29,701 bases of DNA from a virus. Taxonomy: Duplodnaviria; Caudoviricetes. Below the pieces are notes generated by a model that was given only the letters and a program-made list of their open reading frames with translations, was not told the origin of the DNA and made no database searches. Shown here piece after piece: positions 24,037-29,701 of the stretch (position 1 is its first letter; every line of letters begins with the position of its first letter). Position numbers and translations under genes: made by a program. The stretch covers positions 1 to 29,701 of IMG/VR virus record IMGVR_UViG_3300020043_001641. One strand, 5' to 3'.

Positions 24037-26760
24037 TTAAATGGTTAACCATTCCGTTCCGTAGTCAACAACCGTAACCGCGTCCCATTGGTTTAAAGTG
24101 TAAGTTAACGCTCCGTCGATTAAGTCTCCACCTGTTCCTTGAACGTCAACTTGAAACGTTGAAATGTTTTTAATAACGTAAACTTTGCCAAAGTTCCCAA
24201 CCGCAGGAAGCGTTGCGTTAACCAAAGCTGCACCGTCCGAAATTATAAGTGTATCGTCTGCGGTTAGTGTGTAGTCTTGGTCTATTAATGTAGGGTTATA
24301 AACTAAAGAATTAGGTTGCCAGTTACTTAAAGATTTTCCGTTTAAGTTGTCCGTCCAAATTCCACTATCACCTGAACTTACCGATTTATTATTACCAATA
24401 ACTACACCTTGAAAACCTTGTTGAATAACGTTACCTTGTCCGAAAACTAAAGCGTTACTTCCTAAACTTATAACGTTCGTGTTTTCATTGTTTGAGTTTA
24501 TTATAGGTCCTGTAATATTACCCACCTCCGAAATAGTTGGAAAAATTGGGTGTCCAGTTTGGAAGTTAGCAAAGTCAATTTCAGTGTCAACACTTAATAG
24601 TTCGACCTTGGTTAACCTTGGGTTGTTGCAATCGTAATCAATAATTTTGTTTATATTCCACCAAGAATTGTCTATTCGAATCTTGTCGTTTAGTTTTAAT
24701 GTAGCAATGTCGGTTTCTCGCAAATCAAATTCAGCGGTTAACATTTTACCCGTGTCAATTTGCCCTATCGTTCGTCTCCAGTAAAGGTTGAATAAGTTGT
24801 TATTGGTTAAGACGTTTTGTTGGTAAAAGTAATAATCACATACCCCGAAATTTAAATCAAAGGTTGGAATATCAGGATTGTCAAAATGAATTATTGACGG
24901 GTATTGTGTTAAACCGATTTGTCCCGTTGTTCCGTAGTCGTAAATATTAAATGGGTTACAACCGAACATTCCACCGTCGAAAAGAATTCTTATATTCGTC
25001 TTTGGTGCAGCTCCTGCAATCAATGGAACAACCGCATTAAATACCGTTTTCGCCATTGGTGTAGGTGAAAAGATAATTTCTTTTTTGTCTACGTTCTTAA
25101 CATATTCGTTTTCGAAGATGTATTCGACCTGCCCGTAAATTTCATTAGTTGCATCAAAGTAACTAACATTGGGTTGGTCTTTGTCTTCTTTGTAAGTTAG
25201 TATTAAACGCTTCGATGTTATTTCAGGTAAAAATTTAAGGTCTTGTTCTCGGTCTTTTGCTAGTTTAAGCGTCCAGTCTTTCTCTTGCCCTGCGTCGTAA
25301 TAGTCGTCACGATGTGAAAGTATTAGTTTATTCGGGTTGTCGGGGTCTATTTCAGTGTATAAATTGTACATTGTAAAAATAGACTTAACGAAATCCGATT
25401 GTTTTATTTTTTTAGGTATCCAGTAAGTCGGGTCAATTACCGCACCCGTTGCAAGGTTGTTATTTGACGGAACTATTTTCATAACTACATCGAAGTTATT
25501 TATTTCAGTTTCAACAAAAGCCGTATTAACCCCTCCGATTGTTTGCCACCTTAAATAACCATTTGAACCCTGCGGGACGTAAGTCTCAACTTGAACACCT
25601 GCGTAAACTTCAACCGTGTCCCCTACGTTTAAGTTCGAAACGGACAAGTTAATTAATCTATTGAACGAACCTAAATTCGTAATTCCGTTTGGTATGTTTG
25701 TTCCGCTTGTTCTGAATGCGTCAATAGTTGCAATAAATGACGCTAAATTTGTCTCCGTGTTTAAAACACCATTTACGTATATTTGAATCCTAAGCGCATA
25801 AAAATAACTCAAAGGGTTACCACCACCACCGATTGCGTTTAAGTAAGCTGTCGCCCCTGAAGTGTTGTTTAAATCAATGTCATAGTAACATTGAAAAGTT
25901 AAGTCGATTGAACTACCTTGAACTACGGTAAGCGTGTTTGTGTAAGTTCCCGTTAATGGGTCGAATAATAAAAACGGGTCTTGGGTTTCATTCCAATTGT
26001 CTAGCTTTTCGGTAAAGCTTACCGATTGCCCCGGCGGTGTCGTATTATAAGTTATATTTCTTTGCTCGTCAGCTTCAACGGCGTAAACCGTAAAATCTAA
26101 AAATTCAACGTCCCCATTATAAGGAATTAACAATTTATCGAAATACGCTGCGCTTAACGTCGACCACGTATATTGAAATCCAGCCGCCTCGAATATCCTA
26201 TCAAAATAAACTTTTGCATAAACCGCAGGCTTCATTTCTTTGAGCGGGTAAAAGTTATCACCCGAATAAGGTAATACGTATTTATAACCATCCGCAACCG
26301 TGTTTGCCCAACTTGCTACAACATTCGCTGAAGTGTACAAATGGGTCATATCACTAAAGTTCAAATCGGTTAACTCTCTCGCGCCAAGTTCGGTAAAGAA
26401 ATCCGATTGACTATCTTTAACTAAAACCTCGTAAGTAACTAACTGCTCGTAAGCGTCGTTAGTTTGTGTTTTCTTAACAGAAATTAATTGAAGACTTGCG
26501 TCTTCCATTACAGGAATCCCGTTTTGAATTACGCTACATTTTGTTATCGTGTTTATGTCGAACGTTCCCGCTTCAATGTTTACGTCGTAATAGTGGTTTA
26601 AAAGGTCGTGGTTGTTCTTTGTGTCTTCAAGAACTATCGTTTTACTAAACGCCCCTTTGCGTGTTGAAACGTCTCGAATGTCACCGACTTGAAAGTTTAA
26701 AGGGAAAGCCGTCCCGTCCTTTACGTCAAGGTAGCCGTTTTCTAATTGTATCCTAACCAT
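24037..26760 (-). CDS. Large tail/baseplate-hub protein
   Basis: 907 aa; DI.D...R.G.FSKTI, P.KIKQSDF.KSI..MYNL, DWT.KL patterns; beta-rich C-terminus. Confidence 0.7.
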   Translation of the reverse strand: MVRIQLENGYLDVKDGTAFPLNFQVGDIRDVSTRKGAFSKTIVLEDTKNNHDLLNHYYDVNIEAGTFDINTITKCSVIQNGIPVMEDASLQLISVKKTQTNDAYEQLVTYEVLVKDSQSDFFTELGARELTDLNFSDMTHLYTSANVVASWANTVADGYKYVLPYSGDNFYPLKEMKPAVYAKVYFDRIFEAAGFQYTWSTLSAAYFDKLLIPYNGDVEFLDFTVYAVEADEQRNITYNTTPPGQSVSFTEKLDNWNETQDPFLLFDPLTGTYTNTLTVVQGSSIDLTFQCYYDIDLNNTSGATAYLNAIGGGGNPLSYFYALRIQIYVNGVLNTETNLASFIATIDAFRTSGTNIPNGITNLGSFNRLINLSVSNLNVGDTVEVYAGVQVETYVPQGSNGYLRWQTIGGVNTAFVETEINNFDVVMKIVPSNNNLATGAVIDPTYWIPKKIKQSDFVKSIFTMYNLYTEIDPDNPNKLILSHRDDYYDAGQEKDWTLKLAKDREQDLKFLPEITSKRLILTYKEDKDQPNVSYFDATNEIYGQVEYIFENEYVKNVDKKEIIFSPTPMAKTVFNAVVPLIAGAAPKTNIRILFDGGMFGCNPFNIYDYGTTGQIGLTQYPSIIHFDNPDIPTFDLNFGVCDYYFYQQNVLTNNNLFNLYWRRTIGQIDTGKMLTAEFDLRETDIATLKLNDKIRIDNSWWNINKIIDYDCNNPRLTKVELLSVDTEIDFANFQTGHPIFPTISEVGNITGPIINSNNENTNVISLGSNALVFGQGNVIQQGFQGVVIGNNKSVSSGDSGIWTDNLNGKSLSNWQPNSLVYNPTLIDQDYTLTADDTLIISDGAALVNATLPAVGNFGKVYVIKNISTFQVDVQGTGGDLIDGALTYTLNQWDAVTVVDYGTEWLTI

Positions 26761-28168
26761 TTATCGAATCTTGGTTTGAAAGCATCACACTAATTGAATG
26801 CTTAATTAAATTCTTATTCTTTTGCCTTGCCACATCGAAACTATTTTCTTGAATTATACAAGCGTAATATTTTGAACCTATTTTAATATAAACTTCGGGT
26901 GATGTCATTAACTCCTGAAAATAATTGTCCATTTCAACGGTTAGCCAATTGGTGTTTAATTGAATCGTCTTTGTAACGGTTGGGTTTATTACACGTGTTC
27001 CCTTTTCGTCCGTTCCGTAAGTCCACATTCCACTATCGGTGTAACCAGTAACGTCTTGTTTATAGGTCGTCTTTTGAACGTTACCTTGTTCGTATGCCCT
27101 CAACTGAAAAGCGAAACTACCGAACGACCCTAACCTATCCAAGAAAGCAATTTCGAACGGTTCAATAACGCAGCGCCTATCAACGTCAATAGTGTAAATT
27201 AAAGAATTGTCGTTGTAACTGGAATCAGTATAAACAAAAGAATAATAAGTAGTTGTTGGTTTAATTAAAGGCAACGTTCCAACCAACGGAGTAAGTGTTC
27301 CAAGGTTATTAGGACCAATCCCGACTTGTGTTATTAAAGCGTTGTCGGTTATTGGCTTTGCGAAAATGTCGCCATCCGAATTACCAAACACCATAAAGCC
27401 AGTAGTGACAAAGTTATTCATTACGTTTATCCAAAGGTCTTGCGTTTCAGTAACTCGAAAGCCCGTTTTAGGTAAATCGGTTAATAGTCTTGCGGTTGCA
27501 TTGTTAGCAATAAAGTTCAATTCGTCGTAAGTTCTAAATCCTGCCCAAGGTAAAGCACCATTAAAAACATATTTATTTAAGGTGGTTACGATGTCACGTG
27601 TTACCGTCTTTCTATTGTCGGCATAACTTACCGACCCGTTTACCGTTGGGTCAACTACGTTTGAGAATAAAGCGTTTATTGTAAAGTTCGTTGTTCCTGA
27701 AACTGCAATAATCGTCCAAAGTCCATTTACAGCTGCATTCGTTACTCCTGCATTTAAAACGATTTGGTCGCCAACTACGAACGTGTGTGCGGTGGTTGGT
27801 GTAATTTGAATATTACCCGCATTGTTAACTAAGTTTGCCGTGTACGAATAAGACGTAACAAACTCTTCACCGACCTTTAAATCGTACTTGTAATAGCTAC
27901 TAGTCGCAGGGTCGCTTTCAGTTAACGCTTGGTCGAAGTCGTAGCTTACTTTATTCTGTAAAAGCTTACTCAAATCTATTTCGCCGTAGCCATCACCAAA
28001 GCGAGGATAAACCCTATATTCAGCTATTTTGTTCGAAGTTCCCGACTGGTAAACGTCAAAAATATATTTAAACCCTAAATTGTTTTTATTCGTTGAATTG
28101 TACAAAAACTTAATAGGGTTGTAAGCGGGTGTCCTATCGTAAGGTTCGTTTATTGTTGTTATTGCCAT
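26753..28168 (-). CDS. Tail (distal/baseplate) structural protein with an inserted beta domain
   Basis: PAYNP, FKYIFDVY, FLDRLG.F..F.F and LNTNWL...EL.TSPEVY patterns; insert TAHTFVVGDQIVL. Confidence 0.65.
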   Translation of the reverse strand: MAITTINEPYDRTPAYNPIKFLYNSTNKNNLGFKYIFDVYQSGTSNKIAEYRVYPRFGDGYGEIDLSKLLQNKVSYDFDQALTESDPATSSYYKYDLKVGEEFVTSYSYTANLVNNAGNIQITPTTAHTFVVGDQIVLNAGVTNAAVNGLWTIIAVSGTTNFTINALFSNVVDPTVNGSVSYADNRKTVTRDIVTTLNKYVFNGALPWAGFRTYDELNFIANNATARLLTDLPKTGFRVTETQDLWINVMNNFVTTGFMVFGNSDGDIFAKPITDNALITQVGIGPNNLGTLTPLVGTLPLIKPTTTYYSFVYTDSSYNDNSLIYTIDVDRRCVIEPFEIAFLDRLGSFGSFAFQLRAYEQGNVQKTTYKQDVTGYTDSGMWTYGTDEKGTRVINPTVTKTIQLNTNWLTVEMDNYFQELMTSPEVYIKIGSKYYACIIQENSFDVARQKNKNLIKHSISVMLSNQDSING

Positions 28169-28171
28169 ATC

Positions 28172-28198
28172 TTATAATAGTAAATTAAGATTCGTGTT
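28172..28198 (-). promoter_or_regulatory. Late promoter motif AACA-N14-CTATTATAA
   Basis: 3 nt before ATG 28168. Confidence 0.75.
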
Positions 28199-29347
28199 TT
28201 ACAAGGTCAAGTAACTATCGTCGGTATAATACATTTCTTTAATAAACATTACCGCATACCTTACCGCGTCCATTGCATCGTCGTAAAGCTTAACGGGTTC
28301 GTCTGTAATATTGTCGCCAACTTTTTTCCACTTATAATTATTATATTCTTTTTTTAGGTTGTCGTCTTCTTGACACCACACCTTAAAAGTCTTGACGGCG
28401 TTTATTCCGCTTTTCACGTTCTTGTTTGCGTTGTTCACGTTAAAGCCAGCGTTTTGCATTTCGGCAATTATTTCGGGTCTTGAGTAATCGGCAAGTATGT
28501 CAACCGTTTGTTCAATGTTTAGTTGTTTAAATCGTTCGATTAACTCGCTTGTTGTTAAATACGATTCATAAATAACTGGCTCGATGTAAATGTCACCGTC
28601 ACACCAATAAACACGCATTAACGCCGTTGGGTGATTGTAACCGAAGTCTAAGCCGTATACAAAGTTCGTGAACCGTTCAGGTCGTTTAGGAATAAAGTCC
28701 CAAGTGTTAAAGATGTTTGTTTTACTTAGCGCCTTTTCACCTAACGCATAGATTTGATAAAGAGCCTCGTCAGTTCGTTTAAGGTCTTCGATTTGTCGTT
28801 TAATACTTTCAGGTAAAAACGGGTTGTCTTTGTAGGTTGATTTGATTAGTACGCTTTCGTCTTTTGGTAGTTCGTAAAGCCATGAACTGGAATCGGACGG
28901 GTTGTAATCAAAAATCAGTTTATACTCGGTTCGCATATTAAGTTGTTGGAAATCCTCGAACCAAAGTTCGTTTGCTTCATTACACCAACCAATATCACGC
29001 TTTCGACCTCTTACCTTTTGTTCGTCGTCAATACTAAAGAACTCAACTAAACTACCATTCGGAAAACGGTAAATGTTTTCACTCATATTGTGGCTACTCT
29101 TCTCGTAAAGGTTCAAGTCTTTAAGCACCTCAAAGAAGTCACGCATTACCGTTGCCCGTAACGCAGGGAAAGTTTTCCTAACTATCGAAACTACTTTGTT
29201 AGGGTTTTGTAAACACCACACAGTTAACAACTGACATAGTGAGTAGGTCTTGCTTGAACGTGAACCGCCTTGGTTTATTATAAACCGTTTTTCAGAAGTG
29301 AGTGCCTCCCAATTCCACTTAAATAGATTTGTCGCGTTCAGTTCCAT
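28199..29347 (-). CDS. terL: Terminase large subunit (PBSX-type)
   Basis: Walker A QGGSRSSKT, Walker B WCNEANE, DYNP, STYKDNPFL, GLDFGYNHP, DDAMDAVRYA. Confidence 0.92.
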   Translation of the reverse strand: MELNATNLFKWNWEALTSEKRFIINQGGSRSSKTYSLCQLLTVWCLQNPNKVVSIVRKTFPALRATVMRDFFEVLKDLNLYEKSSHNMSENIYRFPNGSLVEFFSIDDEQKVRGRKRDIGWCNEANELWFEDFQQLNMRTEYKLIFDYNPSDSSSWLYELPKDESVLIKSTYKDNPFLPESIKRQIEDLKRTDEALYQIYALGEKALSKTNIFNTWDFIPKRPERFTNFVYGLDFGYNHPTALMRVYWCDGDIYIEPVIYESYLTTSELIERFKQLNIEQTVDILADYSRPEIIAEMQNAGFNVNNANKNVKSGINAVKTFKVWCQEDDNLKKEYNNYKWKKVGDNITDEPVKLYDDAMDAVRYAVMFIKEMYYTDDSYLTL

Positions 29348-29641
29348 TTATGATGTTAACCTTTATTTCGTTTATGTTTTCGCCTTTAGTCGTGTGGTCA
29401 ATACTTTCTTTTGGTTTGCCAACCGCACGGTTTAGTAAAGTGTCTAGTGAATATAAACTACCTTTTTCAAGTGAACGCTTTAAAGCATTGGCAACCGTCT
29501 TTTCAAGAATAGTTGCTTTTGGATTTTTATAAACGTCTGCAAGTTCTTCAAGTGTCATTGATAACATTACTAAAATACAATCGTTAACCTCTGAAGATTT
29601 ATAACCGCTTTCTTTAAGTTCGCTTATCCACTTTCTAGGTC
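29319..29641 (-). CDS. terS: Terminase small subunit (5' truncated by the fold-back)
   Basis: The frame extends upstream of the called ATG as (G)RPRKWISELKESGYKSSEVNDCILVMLSMT...; ends LLNRAVGKPKESIDHTTKGE; overlaps terL. Confidence 0.7.
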
Positions 29642-29701
29642 GACCTAGAAAGTGGATAAGCGAACTTAAAGAAAGCGGTTATAAATCTTCAGAGGTTAAC
29701 G
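29582..29701. repeat. Perfect 120-bp terminal palindrome (60-bp arms, no spacer)
   Basis: 29642-29701 is the exact reverse complement of 29582-29641, centred on GTCGAC. Confidence 0.97.

Noticed and set aside
302-29532. Short overlapping ORFs from the track (302-493, 1936-2178, 3749-3949, 5050-5577, 14233-14572, 15070-15291, 18991-19173, 21868-22101, 23312-23518, 27342-27530, 29250-29532)
   Set aside because: Nested in or antisense to longer genes with recognisable motifs; no independent support.
29582-29701. Covalently closed hairpin telomere (N15-like)
   Set aside because: It interrupts a terS reading frame, and no protelomerase gene is visible.
1-29701. CRISPR array, tRNA/rRNA genes, integrase, stop-codon reassignment
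   Set aside because: No repeat-spacer pattern, cloverleaf or recombinase motifs were seen, and the standard code gives dense, uninterrupted genes.

Overview
The window is AT-rich tailed-phage (Caudoviricetes, probably siphovirus-like) DNA. A Bacteroidota/Flavobacteriia host is inferred from TAnnTTTG promoter boxes, A-rich leaders without Shine-Dalgarno sites and the gene families present. Bases ~4230-29641 look like a nearly complete genome, read mostly on the minus strand: terminase small and large subunits, tail proteins, tape measure, head protease/scaffold, major capsid, tail tube, portal, adaptor and a lysis cassette, then an early/replication operon (ERF, YqaJ-like exonuclease, SSB-like protein, initiator, DnaB-like helicase, NinG). 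Bases 1-~4230 are a second, diverged copy of the same replication operon in the opposite orientation, joined at a point that appears to truncate genes. This is most likely a chimera of two related phages, and the last 120 bp are a fold-back palindrome. Comparing the two copies reveals a swappable replication-specificity cassette. Each copy has a two-hairpin RNA whose first loop is perfectly complementary (8 nt) to the loop of a terminator hairpin, with the same architecture but entirely different sequence. Each RNA lies upstream of an unrelated initiator protein that carries its own internal iterons but ends in the same C-terminal peptide coupled to the helicase. A strict late-promoter motif (AACA-N14/15-CTATTATAA-N3-ATG) occurs four times. 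All product names come from motif recognition by eye, not from database searches.
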